Shown here: one piece after another, positions 17,794 to 26,802 of the stretch
Layout: each line of letters starts with the position of its first letter
Position numbering within the stretch: the stretch's first letter is position 1
DNA from: an uncultured Lachnospiraceae bacterium
GTDB taxonomy: Bacteria; Bacillota; Clostridia; Lachnospirales; Lachnospiraceae
Assembly (NCBI GenBank): GCA_947628705.1
Contig: CANRAZ010000002.1
Span: forward strand, 1,128 to 65,127
Direction: 5' to 3'
Length of the DNA: 64,000 nucleotides
Position numbers and translations under genes: made by a program
The notes under the pieces: generated by a model
The model's input: the letters and a program-made list of their open reading frames with translations, nothing else
The model's database searches: none
Told to the model about the DNA's origin: nothing

Positions 17794-18561
17794 TTACATA
17801 TCCTTAAGGTACTCGTAAACATACTCATTTACAACCTTAATGTAGGTTCCTCTCATACCTGACGAGCGCGTCTTTATGATTCCGGCGCTCTCAAATTTTC
17901 TAAGGGAGTTTACAATAATAGACCTTGTAATGCCGATTTCATCTGCTATTCTGCTTGCTACCAAAATTCCTTCACCGCCTTCAAGCTCCGAAATCACTCT
18001 TCTAATGGATTCAAGCTCTGAATTTGAAAGAGATTCAATTGCTGACTTTACAGTGTTCTTTTTGGTATTTTCAAGGTCGACCTCTTCCTTTTCGGAACGC
18101 ATTGTTTCAAGTCCCACTACCGTAGCGCCATATTCGGATAAAATAATGTCGTCAATCGAATAAACAATGCCTTCTCTGTAAACAAAAAGATGCCCCAGTC
18201 TCTGTCCTGAAATCAGTATCGGCGTAACGATTGCGGTAAAGTTTTTAACCATGGCACGGTCAAAGCCAAGCGTTTCAAGATTGACATTTTCCTTTGTTGA
18301 AAGAATATTGCTAAGACGCTTATTAAGATTATTATCTATCATCTCGCCGACATTTTCCGTGAGAAGACCGGTTATAACAGGCGTTCCCTCTTTGTTGCAT
18401 ATACCGAGTAGCTTCCCCTTTTTACTGATTACAAGCACGTTGGAATCAAGCGCATCGCTGAGTATCGAACAGAGGTCGTTAAATATCAGCCTGTTGCTGT
18501 CAAGTTTTTCCTGAAGAAGTTTGTTTATTGTTCTTGTTTTGTCTAAAAGTTCTACGCTCAT
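17794..18561 (-). CDS. codY: GTP/BCAA-sensing pleiotropic repressor CodY
   Basis: 255 aa. N-terminal GAF-like region. The C-terminal wHTH ASRIADEIGITRSIIVNSLRKFESAGIIKTRSSGMRGTYIKVVN closely matches the CodY DNA-binding motif. Confidence 0.93.
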   Translation of the reverse strand: MSVELLDKTRTINKLLQEKLDSNRLIFNDLCSILSDALDSNVLVISKKGKLLGICNKEGTPVITGLLTENVGEMIDNNLNKRLSNILSTKENVNLETLGFDRAMVKNFTAIVTPILISGQRLGHLFVYREGIVYSIDDIILSEYGATVVGLETMRSEKEEVDLENTKKNTVKSAIESLSNSELESIRRVISELEGGEGILVASRIADEIGITRSIIVNSLRKFESAGIIKTRSSGMRGTYIKVVNEYVYEYLKDM

Positions 18562-18664
18562 TTTTTTCTCCTTATTGTTGCCTTTCTTTTCTACTGCCTT
18601 TTAACGTCCACAATTTATATTTATCTGAAGCGTTCAAATAAATTTCATATTAATATTATTCTTT

Positions 18665-18800
18665 TTCCCGGCTGTTACTGCCCTTTCCAAGCTGTTAACA
18701 TTTTTTTCTCTGCCTGCCTGTTAACATTTTCGTTTTTCCTAACTGTTAACACTTTCCGCCTCCTTTTCCATGCTGCTGACATTTTCTGCCTTTTCCGTAT
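18665..18800 (-). repeat. degenerate tandem repeat of about 21-30 bp (minus strand: GAAAA..ATGTTAACAG) spanning the topA stop codon
   Basis: Plus-strand copies are ctgttac (18672), ctgttaaca (18692), ctgttaaca (18718), ctgttaaca (18743) and ctgctgaca (18772). Each is followed by a T-rich run. Confidence 0.55.
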
Positions 18801-20772
18801 CGGTCGGCTTCTGCCAGCTCATATACTCACACTCCGGATAATTTTCGCATCCGAAATACCTTCTCCCCTTTTTTGTTTTTCTGATAACAAGCTCTCCTCC
18901 GCACTGAGGGCATTTTATGCCTGTTTTTTCAAGAAATGTTTTGGTATTCCTGCATTCGGGAAAACCGGGGCACGCAAGGAATTTTCCGTGAGGCCCGTAT
19001 TTTATCACCATGTTTCTTCCGCATAGTTCACAGACTACGTCCGAAACCTCATCCTGAATCTTAACGTTCTCGATTTCCTTGTTTGCCTTCTCAACAGCCT
19101 CGTTAAAATCAGGATAAAAGTTAGATATTATGCTCTTCCAATTTACTGTTCCTTCCTCTACTCCGTCTAAAAGCGTTTCCAAGCTTGCGGTAAAGTCGGT
19201 TGCTACTATTGTAGGAAAGGATTTTTTAAGAATGCTGTTGACCGCTTCGCCAAGGTCGGTCATATAAAGGTTTTTCTTTTCTTTTGTAATATAATGCCTC
19301 GACAGCAGGGTTGAAATTGTCGGAGCATAGGTGCTCGGACGTCCGATTCCAAGCTCCTCCATCATTTTTACCATCGACGCCTCCGTATAATGCGCCGGCG
19401 GCTGCGTAAAATGCTGTTCAGGTATTATTTCCTGCTTCTCAAGAATTTCGCCTTTTTTCGGGAGATTAAGCTGCTTTACCGGCTTGTTCTCGTCTTCACT
19501 GTCGTTATAGACGCTAAGATAGCCTTCAAAAAGAATCTTTGAAGCAGAGGCTTTAAATTCATAGCTTCCTGCGTTAACGGTAATAGACGCGGTCTCAAAC
19601 TTGGCAGGAGCCATCATAGAGGCCGTAAATCTTTTCCAGATGAGCTGATAGAGCCTGAACTGGTCTCTGGTAAGGTCGTCCTTAACGGAAGCCGGAGTAA
19701 TATCGATATATGTCGGTCTAATCGCCTCGTGAGCGTCTTGGATTTTTTTACTGTCTTTGCCGACTGTCTTTGAAGGCGCTCCGACATATTCCTCGCCGTA
19801 GCTTTCTTTTATAAACTTTGCGGCAGACGCCGAAGCCTCGTCTGAAATCCTTACGGAATCGGTACGAAGGTAGGTTATAAGACCTACCGTTCCATGTCCC
19901 CTGACCTTCACGCCTTCATAAAGCTGCTGGGCAACTCTCATCGTTTTTATTGTTGAAAAGGCCAGAACCTTTGACGCCTCCTGCTGAAGCGTGCTTGTGG
20001 TAAACGGCAGAGGCTGTTTATTGATTCTTTCGCCTGTCTTAACATCGCCTGCGGCAAAATCAAGCGATTCAAGCTCTTTTAATATACTGTCGGCTTCCTT
20101 TTGGTTTGTTATGTTTATCTTTTTTCCGTTTTTAGAACTAAGCTTAGCCTCTATCGGTTTTGCAAAGGAAGCCGATTTAAGCTTAACTGTAACGGTCCAA
20201 TATTCGTCGGCTTTAAACTCTGAAATCTCCTCTTCCCTGTCGGAAATCAGCCTTAAAACTACTGATTGGACGCGTCCTGCGCTCAGTCCGCGCTTTATTT
20301 TTGCCCATAAAAGAGGACTGATTTTATATCCGACGATTCTGTCAAGAACTCTGCGGCACTGCTGAGAATCCACAAGGTTCATGTCAATATCCCTTGCTCC
20401 TGAAATTGACCGTTTAACCGCATTCTGCGTGATTTCGTTAAATGTTATTCTGTAGCATTTTTTATCGTCAAGCTTAAGAACATGCTTTAAATGCCACGAA
20501 ATCGCTTCTCCCTCACGGTCGGGGTCTGTTGCGAGGTAGATTTTATTTGATTTTTTAACCTCCTTACGAAGCTGTGCAAGCACATCTCCCTTTCCTCTGA
20601 TAGTTATGTATTGAGGTTCAAACGTTCCGTTTTCAACATCAATGCCAAGCTTGCTTACCGGCAAATCCCTTACATGACCGCCGCTGGCTATAACCGAATA
20701 ATTTGAGCCAAGGAATTTCTGAATTGTTTTTGCCTTTGCAGGCGACTCCACTATTACAAGATTTTTGGCCAT
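18739..20772 (-). CDS. topA: DNA topoisomerase I
   Basis: MAKNLVIVESPAKAKTIQKFLG Toprim N-terminus. C-terminal CxxC zinc ribbons (CELCGRNM..CPGFPEC, CPQCGGEL..CENYPEC). The start is set at the ATG at 20770-20772. The track ORF extension overlaps dprA. Confidence 0.95.
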   Translation of the reverse strand: MAKNLVIVESPAKAKTIQKFLGSNYSVIASGGHVRDLPVSKLGIDVENGTFEPQYITIRGKGDVLAQLRKEVKKSNKIYLATDPDREGEAISWHLKHVLKLDDKKCYRITFNEITQNAVKRSISGARDIDMNLVDSQQCRRVLDRIVGYKISPLLWAKIKRGLSAGRVQSVVLRLISDREEEISEFKADEYWTVTVKLKSASFAKPIEAKLSSKNGKKINITNQKEADSILKELESLDFAAGDVKTGERINKQPLPFTTSTLQQEASKVLAFSTIKTMRVAQQLYEGVKVRGHGTVGLITYLRTDSVRISDEASASAAKFIKESYGEEYVGAPSKTVGKDSKKIQDAHEAIRPTYIDITPASVKDDLTRDQFRLYQLIWKRFTASMMAPAKFETASITVNAGSYEFKASASKILFEGYLSVYNDSEDENKPVKQLNLPKKGEILEKQEIIPEQHFTQPPAHYTEASMVKMMEELGIGRPSTYAPTISTLLSRHYITKEKKNLYMTDLGEAVNSILKKSFPTIVATDFTASLETLLDGVEEGTVNWKSIISNFYPDFNEAVEKANKEIENVKIQDEVSDVVCELCGRNMVIKYGPHGKFLACPGFPECRNTKTFLEKTGIKCPQCGGELVIRKTKKGRRYFGCENYPECEYMSWQKPTDTEKAENVSSMEKEAESVNS

Positions 20773-20803
20773 TCTTTTCTCAATCCTCTGCTTAAAGTTA
20801 ATT

Positions 20804-21928
20804 TCAAGGCTCTGACACTGAACGTGAAACATAGCTGCCCGCTTCAATTTCAACAGCAAATCCCTTTTCACACAGACCGTTCAAAGCATCAAAAAGCGTA
20901 AAGTAATCCAATCCGCTCTCAATCATCAGTTCCTCAAAATGTTTTGCACTAAAACTTAACAAAGCATACACTATTATTTCATTGTTTTCAAGTGTATTTT
21001 TCCCAAACTTAAAACTTTTTTTATTTTTGTCATTCTTTTCTTTAAAGAACTTATTAAAGTTTCTACTTTTTAAAGAGAAAATAATATCCTCTGCGGACGT
21101 TGCGATTCCGGCTCCCTGTTTTGCAAGATACAGGCAGCCCTCGCTCAGAACATCGCCGATTCTTCCCGGTACTACAAAGACTTCCTTCCCCTGTTCAAGA
21201 GCCCTGTCGGTCGTTGTCATTGTTCCGCTTTTCATTTTCGCCTCTACAACCAGCAGACAGTCAGCCAGTCCTGCGATTATCCTGTTTCTTTCTGGAAAAT
21301 GTTTTTTTAATCCCTTTACTCCAAGAAAATATTCCGAAATTACCCCTCCTTTTTCATACATCTCATAAAATAAAGGAGAATTCTCAGCCGGATATATTAT
21401 ATCGGCCCCGGTTCCAAGCACTCCAAAAGTTTTACCTCCATTTTTAAGAGCGCTTTTGTGCGCCTGACCGTCGATTCCGTAAGCAAGTCCGCTTATAATC
21501 TGCACGCCGTTTTCAATAAGCTCGCTGACTATGTAATCTGTCGCAGAGCTGCCGTAGCTGCTGCACGTTCTCGCTCCTATAACAGCCACGGAAGGAACTC
21601 CGCCGCTTGGAAGCTTTCCTTTGTAAAACAGCCCCAGAGGCGGTGATGGAATGTACCTCAGCTTATCAGGATATTGACTGTCGCAGATTGCGGTAAATTT
21701 TATTCCTGATTTGCGGAGCCTGTCGTATACCATGTCCGGATTGAAAATCTTTTTATAAGCAATAAGAGAAGATGCCACTCTTGGAGTGAAGCCTGCTTTA
21801 TACAGGCTTTCTTCGTCTGTCTCCCAAATTTGAAGCGGACTTCCGTAATATCTCATAAGATTCTCCTTATCGGAAATTTCAAGGCATCTGTTGGCGGCAA
21901 GCCATAGAAACAAATCTTTCTCCGTCAT
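20804..21928 (-). CDS. dprA: DNA processing protein DprA (Smf)
   Basis: GLAYGIDGQAHKSALKNGGKTFGVLGTGADIIYPAEN core. C-terminal wHTH-like tail. RBS AGGAGAG. Conserved dprA-topA adjacency. Confidence 0.9.
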   Translation of the reverse strand: MTEKDLFLWLAANRCLEISDKENLMRYYGSPLQIWETDEESLYKAGFTPRVASSLIAYKKIFNPDMVYDRLRKSGIKFTAICDSQYPDKLRYIPSPPLGLFYKGKLPSGGVPSVAVIGARTCSSYGSSATDYIVSELIENGVQIISGLAYGIDGQAHKSALKNGGKTFGVLGTGADIIYPAENSPLFYEMYEKGGVISEYFLGVKGLKKHFPERNRIIAGLADCLLVVEAKMKSGTMTTTDRALEQGKEVFVVPGRIGDVLSEGCLYLAKQGAGIATSAEDIIFSLKSRNFNKFFKEKNDKNKKSFKFGKNTLENNEIIVYALLSFSAKHFEELMIESGLDYFTLFDALNGLCEKGFAVEIEAGSYVSRSVSEP

Positions 21929-21950
21929 ATTTCTCTCCTGTCTCTATTTT

Positions 21951-23495
21951 TTAAATTTTTTCATAAGTCATTCTGTACATAACGGATTCTCTTACGTGTC
22001 TGTCTTGTATTTCTTCACTTTCTTCAAGGTCTGCGATAGTTCTTGAAAGCTTCAGCACCCTGTAATAAGTTCTGATGCTGAAATCAAAGCGTTTATATGC
22101 CTCTTCCAAAATCTTTGATGAGGAAGGCTTAAGACGGCAGTAAAACTCAGCCTCTTTGCTTGTAAGAAGCGCATTGTTTCTTATATTTTTTCCTGCATAG
22201 CGTTTTTTCTGCATATTAACGGCTCTCATCACCCTCTCCGCTATCTGAGAGGAGCTTTCCTCTTTTTGAGCGTTTTTCAGCTCGTCAAATTTAATGAGAG
22301 GCATATTTACATTCAAATCGATTCTGTCAAGTATCGGCTGGCTGATTTTTGACATATATCTGTTTATCTCCTGCTGGGTACATCTGCATTTGCTTCTGTC
22401 AGGATAATAACCGCAGGGGCATCTGTTCATCGCCGCGACAAGAATAAAATCCGCAGGATATACTGCTGTTCCGCTGATTCTGTTGATAACTATCCGGCGT
22501 TCCTCAAGCGGCTCTCTGAGCACCTCGATATTTTCACGCTTAAATTCAGTAAATTCATCTAAAAACAGGATTCCGAAATTTGCATAGCTGATTTCCCCCG
22601 GCATCGGGTAGCTTCCTCCTCCGGCAAGTCCTGCCACGGAAATCGTGTGGTGAGGCGAACGGAACGGTCTTTTTGATATCAGCCCGCTGTTTCCGAGCCT
22701 TCCTGCCGCCGAATAAATTTTGGTGAGCTCAACCTGTTCGTCATAAGTTAAAGGCGGCATTATTCCCGGCATACATTTTGCAAGCATTGTTTTTCCCGTT
22801 CCCGGAGGGCCCGAAAGAATCAGGTTATGGCCTCCTGCAGCTGCAATTTCAGCTGCTCTCTTTGCCATAGACTGACCTTTTATTTCTGAAAAATCAGGAT
22901 AGGACTGTATTCTGCACGGCTCGGATCCTATTTGATTTTGTATTGCCGTTGAGCCGTCTTTTTCACCGTCGCCTCCGTCGTCTGCTTTTATGCCGAGAAA
23001 ATGAACAGCTTCCTTTATTGTTCTGACTGGAATTATGCTTATTCCTTTTATGGCGCTGGCCTCTCTGTAATTTTCTTCCGGAACGATAACATATTTCATT
23101 TTGTTTTCTACGGCTTTAATTACGCATGATATAACGCCTTTAACAGCGCATATTTTTCCGTCAAATTTTACTTCGCCCAAAATGCACGTGTCTGCAAGAC
23201 GCTCTGAGTTTTCCTTTTCCTTACAAGCTAATATTCCTGCCGCAATTGCAAGATCGTACTGTGTTCCGGATTTTTTAAAATCCGCCGGAGAAATATTGAC
23301 TGTTATTTTTTTGCTTGGAATTTCATAACCTGAATTTTTCAGGGCGATTTTAACCCTTTCTCTCGCTTCCTTGACCTCGCCCGTAATGTTTCCTACAATC
23401 TCTATCCCGGGCAAGCCGTTGCTTAAATCCGTCTCAACTCTTACGCATCTGGCTTCAATTCCGTATAAATACACACTGTTGGTAATTCTCAGCAT
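21951..23495 (-). CDS. comM: Mg-chelatase-like AAA+ protein YifB/ComM
   Basis: N-terminal Lon-S5-like domain (ITVNISPADFKKSGTQYDLAIAAGILA). Walker A SGPPGTGKTM. CPCGYYPDRSKCRC zinc motif. 514 aa. Confidence 0.9.
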   Translation of the reverse strand: MLRITNSVYLYGIEARCVRVETDLSNGLPGIEIVGNITGEVKEARERVKIALKNSGYEIPSKKITVNISPADFKKSGTQYDLAIAAGILACKEKENSERLADTCILGEVKFDGKICAVKGVISCVIKAVENKMKYVIVPEENYREASAIKGISIIPVRTIKEAVHFLGIKADDGGDGEKDGSTAIQNQIGSEPCRIQSYPDFSEIKGQSMAKRAAEIAAAGGHNLILSGPPGTGKTMLAKCMPGIMPPLTYDEQVELTKIYSAAGRLGNSGLISKRPFRSPHHTISVAGLAGGGSYPMPGEISYANFGILFLDEFTEFKRENIEVLREPLEERRIVINRISGTAVYPADFILVAAMNRCPCGYYPDRSKCRCTQQEINRYMSKISQPILDRIDLNVNMPLIKFDELKNAQKEESSSQIAERVMRAVNMQKKRYAGKNIRNNALLTSKEAEFYCRLKPSSSKILEEAYKRFDFSIRTYYRVLKLSRTIADLEESEEIQDRHVRESVMYRMTYEKI

Positions 23496-23609
23496 AACCG
23501 ATTCTCCTTTATTTTGATAATTACAAATAAAAATACAACGATAAAAGACATTTTCGTTTTACTCATAAAGAATACTACTTTCAGGCAAAAAATGCTATGT
23601 GCAAAATAC

Positions 23610-23642
23610 AAAAAAAGCACCTTCCAAATTTTCGGAAAGTGC
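23610..23642 (-). terminator. Rho-independent terminator of nrdR
   Basis: Hairpin gcaccttcc/ggaaagtgc at 23617-23642 (8 of 9 positions paired, 8-nt loop). On the minus strand it is followed by T7. Confidence 0.65.
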
Positions 23643-23776
23643 CTAAATTAAATCCATTTCAAATTTTCCTTACTGTGAAAAATACACAGAAAACGCCTGC
23701 TTCAAGGAACCAAAATTTTATGCCGCAGATTGCAGAAAAATTTTATCTTTTATAATCCGTCTACAGCCGCGACGCT

Positions 23777-24232
23777 TTATTTCGTCTGAAGCATTGCCTT
23801 AAGCTCGTCCATAAAGGTGTTCACGTCCTTGAATTCTCTGTAAACGGAGGCAAACCTTACATATGCAACGTCGTCAAGTGTTTTAAGCTTGTCCATAACA
23901 ATTTCGCCCACAACACTGCTGCTTATCTCTCTTTCCTCTCGGTTATAAATTGCGGCCTCGATCTGGTCGACCAGATTTGTAATCTGCTCAACTGAAATCG
24001 GACGTTTATGACACGCCTTAAAAACACCCTTTTCAATTTTGGAACGGTCATACGGCTCCCTGATATTGTCCTTTTTAATAATAACCAAAGGAAGCGTTTC
24101 GACCTTTTCATAGGTTGTAAACCGCCTGTTACAGCAGTCGCACTGCCTCCTGCGTCTGATCGATGCGTTATCGTCCGCAGGTCTCGAATCAATCACTTTG
24201 GTGTTGTCGTCACCGCAATACGGGCATTTCAT
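23777..24232 (-). CDS. nrdR: transcriptional repressor NrdR
   Basis: [18 protein letters not shown] zinc ribbon plus ATP-cone. 151 aa. RBS AGGAGGA. Confidence 0.95.
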   Translation of the reverse strand: MKCPYCGDDNTKVIDSRPADDNASIRRRRQCDCCNRRFTTYEKVETLPLVIIKKDNIREPYDRSKIEKGVFKACHKRPISVEQITNLVDQIEAAIYNREEREISSSVVGEIVMDKLKTLDDVAYVRFASVYREFKDVNTFMDELKAMLQTK

Positions 24233-24290
24233 ATGTAATCCTCCTGTTATAATTCTCTGAAACGTATATTCTGAACGACCTGAAATTTTT

Positions 24291-24935
24291 CTAAATAAGC
24301 TCGGCTATATCTACGTTTTCTCCGGTAATCGCAACTACCGCCCCGTCCTGTACCTCTGACGCCTCCGGGTGAGCGATGAGCCACTTGTTCCTCGCAAAGA
24401 GCCTCTTATCCTCTTCACAGCAGATTTTTATTTCAGGCTTAGCGGTATTGGTTCCTTTTGGAAGAACTATTCCAACCTTAAACTGCTCTCCCCTTCTTGC
24501 TGAGCACGGAGCATAGTGAAGCGTTGTCGCATAAAGCTCAACGGCAGTTCCGGCAGGGCAGAAAAATGCCTCCACCTCAGATGTGTCGATTGACTGAACC
24601 ATACAGTCCTGCTGCGGAGCAAGAAGAAAAACGCAGTCCGTTGCGCATACGTCTATTTCAGAGTCTCTGTGGTACTCCAAGCAGTTCAGCTTAGTGTTTG
24701 TCCCGTTGCAATAGCCTATCTGAATCGGCATTCCTCCGTAAAGGTTATCGGAATATTCCTTCATTGCAGGCGTGTCTTCAAGCACCTGCACGGACGGAAA
24801 ATAATCGACGGCGTCTGTCGGAGCAAAGGTCTTATTTAAAAGACGGTCAAGCAATTCCTTAATGTCATAGCCCTCCACTATTCTTCCGTAACGGCTGAAT
24901 TCCTTATCGGAAACAGATTTGATTGTTAAACCCAT
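24291..24935 (-). CDS. cupin-fold protein of unknown function (DUF4867-like, distantly ureidoglycolate-lyase-like)
   Basis: 214 aa from the ATG at 24933-24935 (RBS GGAGGT). It begins [24 protein letters not shown] and contains [11 protein letters not shown]. The family assignment is from memory only. Confidence 0.7.
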   Translation of the reverse strand: MGLTIKSVSDKEFSRYGRIVEGYDIKELLDRLLNKTFAPTDAVDYFPSVQVLEDTPAMKEYSDNLYGGMPIQIGYCNGTNTKLNCLEYHRDSEIDVCATDCVFLLAPQQDCMVQSIDTSEVEAFFCPAGTAVELYATTLHYAPCSARRGEQFKVGIVLPKGTNTAKPEIKICCEEDKRLFARNKWLIAHPEASEVQDGAVVAITGENVDIAELI

Positions 24936-25079
24936 AGCATTATACCTCCGTTGTACAAATTTAAACGATAAAGCTGTACTGGAAACAGTATACCATAGCA
25001 TAAAAAAGCTTTCAATAAAAAACTTATCAAGATAATGCCGCTTATATCGTGAAAATACGCTCAAAAACACAAAATGTTG

Positions 25080-25108
25080 TTGTTAGCAGTAAAAAAGTGG
25101 TGTATACT
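25080..25108 (+). promoter_or_regulatory. putative pyrBI promoter
   Basis: TTGTTA (25080-25085), 17-nt spacer, TATACT (25103-25108). The leader is about 35 nt, with no PyrR-type attenuator visible. Confidence 0.5.
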
Positions 25109-25146
25109 GTTCTAGGATAAAATCAATAATAAACGGAGGAAATGTC

Positions 25147-26076
25147 ATGAGACACTTACTTAGTCCGCTGGACTTTTCGCTTGAAGAGGTTTCTCACATG
25201 CTTAAGCTGGCGCAGGACATTATGCGTAACCCCGAAAAGTACTCGCATGTGTGCGACGGCAAAAAGCTTGCCACCCTTTTCTATGAACCAAGTACAAGAA
25301 CCAGACTCAGCTTTGAGGCGGCAATGTTAAATCTTGGCGGAAAAACCCTTGGCTTCCAATCCGCCGATTCTTCCTCGGCATCAAAGGGAGAAAGCGTTGC
25401 AGACACAATAAGAGTTGTTTCCTGCTACGCTGACATCTGTGCGATGAGGCATCCAAAGGAGGGAGCTCCTCTCGTTGCATCTCATTACTCAAGAATACCT
25501 GTTATCAACGCCGGCGACGGCGGACACAATCACCCGACTCAGACATTTACCGATCTTCTTACAATACTTGAACTGAAAGGACGCCTTGACAACATGACCA
25601 TCGGCCTTTGCGGAGACCTTAAATTCGGGCGGACGGTTCACTCTCTAATCAACGCCATGAAGCGTTATCCTAACGTAAGTTTTATTTTAATATCTCCTGA
25701 GGAGCTTAAGATCCCTCAGTATCTTAGAGACGAATTACTCAGCGAAAATTACAACTTTAAAGAGGTCAGCAATCTTGACGACGTAATGGGCGAGCTTGAC
25801 ATTCTCTATATGACCCGTGTTCAAAAGGAACGTTTCTTCAATGAAGAAGAATACATCAGACTTAAAAACAGCTTCATTCTAGACTGCAAAAAGCTTGAAA
25901 ATGCGAAAAAAGATATGTATATCCTGCATCCTCTCCCGCGTGTCAACGAAATTGCGGTTGAGGTTGACGATGACCCCAGAGCAGCCTATTTTAAACAGGT
26001 TCAGAATGGCGTATATGTAAGAATGGCTCTTATACTCATTCTTCTTGGTCTTGATAAAGGAATGCTGGAACAATAA
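25147..26076 (+). CDS. pyrB: aspartate carbamoyltransferase catalytic subunit
   Basis: [13 protein letters not shown] and HPLPRV motifs. 309 aa. Confidence 0.95.
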   Translation: MRHLLSPLDFSLEEVSHMLKLAQDIMRNPEKYSHVCDGKKLATLFYEPSTRTRLSFEAAMLNLGGKTLGFQSADSSSASKGESVADTIRVVSCYADICAMRHPKEGAPLVASHYSRIPVINAGDGGHNHPTQTFTDLLTILELKGRLDNMTIGLCGDLKFGRTVHSLINAMKRYPNVSFILISPEELKIPQYLRDELLSENYNFKEVSNLDDVMGELDILYMTRVQKERFFNEEEYIRLKNSFILDCKKLENAKKDMYILHPLPRVNEIAVEVDDDPRAAYFKQVQNGVYVRMALILILLGLDKGMLEQ

Positions 26077-26086
26077 GGAGGTAAAG

Positions 26087-26518
26087 ATGTTAAGTATAGG
26101 CGGAATAACCGAAGGCGTCGTAATCGACCACATTAAAGCCGGCGGCGCAATGAAAATTTACAACTACCTTGAAATGGACAAGTGGGACACACAGGTTGCA
26201 ATCATAAAAAATGCCACGAGTCAAAAAATGGGACGTAAGGACATCATAAAGGTTGAGGGAAGCATTGACGTTGACCTTGACATGCTCGGCGTTCTTGACC
26301 CGAACATAACCTTCAACATAATAAAAAACAACGAAATTGTAGAAAAAAGACACGTAAGAATGCCTGAAGAGGTGGTAAACATTCTGCAATGCGTAAATCC
26401 GCGCTGCATTACCTCCGTTGAACAGGAGCTGCCCCACATTTTCAGACTTGCAGACAAGGATAAAATGACCTACAGGTGCATTTACTGCGAGCAGAAGTAC
26501 AAGGAAAAAAATCTGTAA
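26087..26518 (+). CDS. pyrI: aspartate carbamoyltransferase regulatory subunit
   Basis: MLSIGGITEGVVIDHI... with the C-terminal zinc site CVNPRC...CIYCE. RBS AAGGAGG precedes the ATG at 26087. Confidence 0.92.
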   Translation: MLSIGGITEGVVIDHIKAGGAMKIYNYLEMDKWDTQVAIIKNATSQKMGRKDIIKVEGSIDVDLDMLGVLDPNITFNIIKNNEIVEKRHVRMPEEVVNILQCVNPRCITSVEQELPHIFRLADKDKMTYRCIYCEQKYKEKNL

Positions 26519-26659
26519 ACGATTTATATCCGGCAGCTGCGGCTTAATGTCCTGCGGCTGTCGCCATAATTAAATAAGGAATGCTTCCTGCCTGTAACCG
26601 CTTACGCCCGACTGCTCCGCTTTGCAGATTAAATCTGCTGCGGCGCACGTTAAGTACCG

Positions 26660-26698
26660 GCGGCGGGTTTTCCCCGCAGGAAACATTCCTTCTTTTTG
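26660..26698 (+). terminator. possible pyrBI terminator (two short hairpins plus a T-run)
   Basis: gcggg/cccgc at 26663-26677 and aggaa/ttcct at 26678-26690, then tcttttt. Confidence 0.4.
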
Positions 26699-26802
26699 TT
26701 GATAAAACCACTTTCAAAAATATATCAAACCACCGTCAAAAATATATCCTAACTGCTTTCTTTACTGAAGCAGCCCGTAAACGGCTGTTAATCCGTACTG
26801 TC

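Noticed and set aside
23627-23641. CodY-box-like sequence AATTTTCGGAAAGTG (12 of 15 matches to AATTTTCWGAAAATT)
   Set aside because: It coincides exactly with the stem-loop of the nrdR terminator. That stem-loop is palindromic for structural reasons, so the resemblance is probably incidental.
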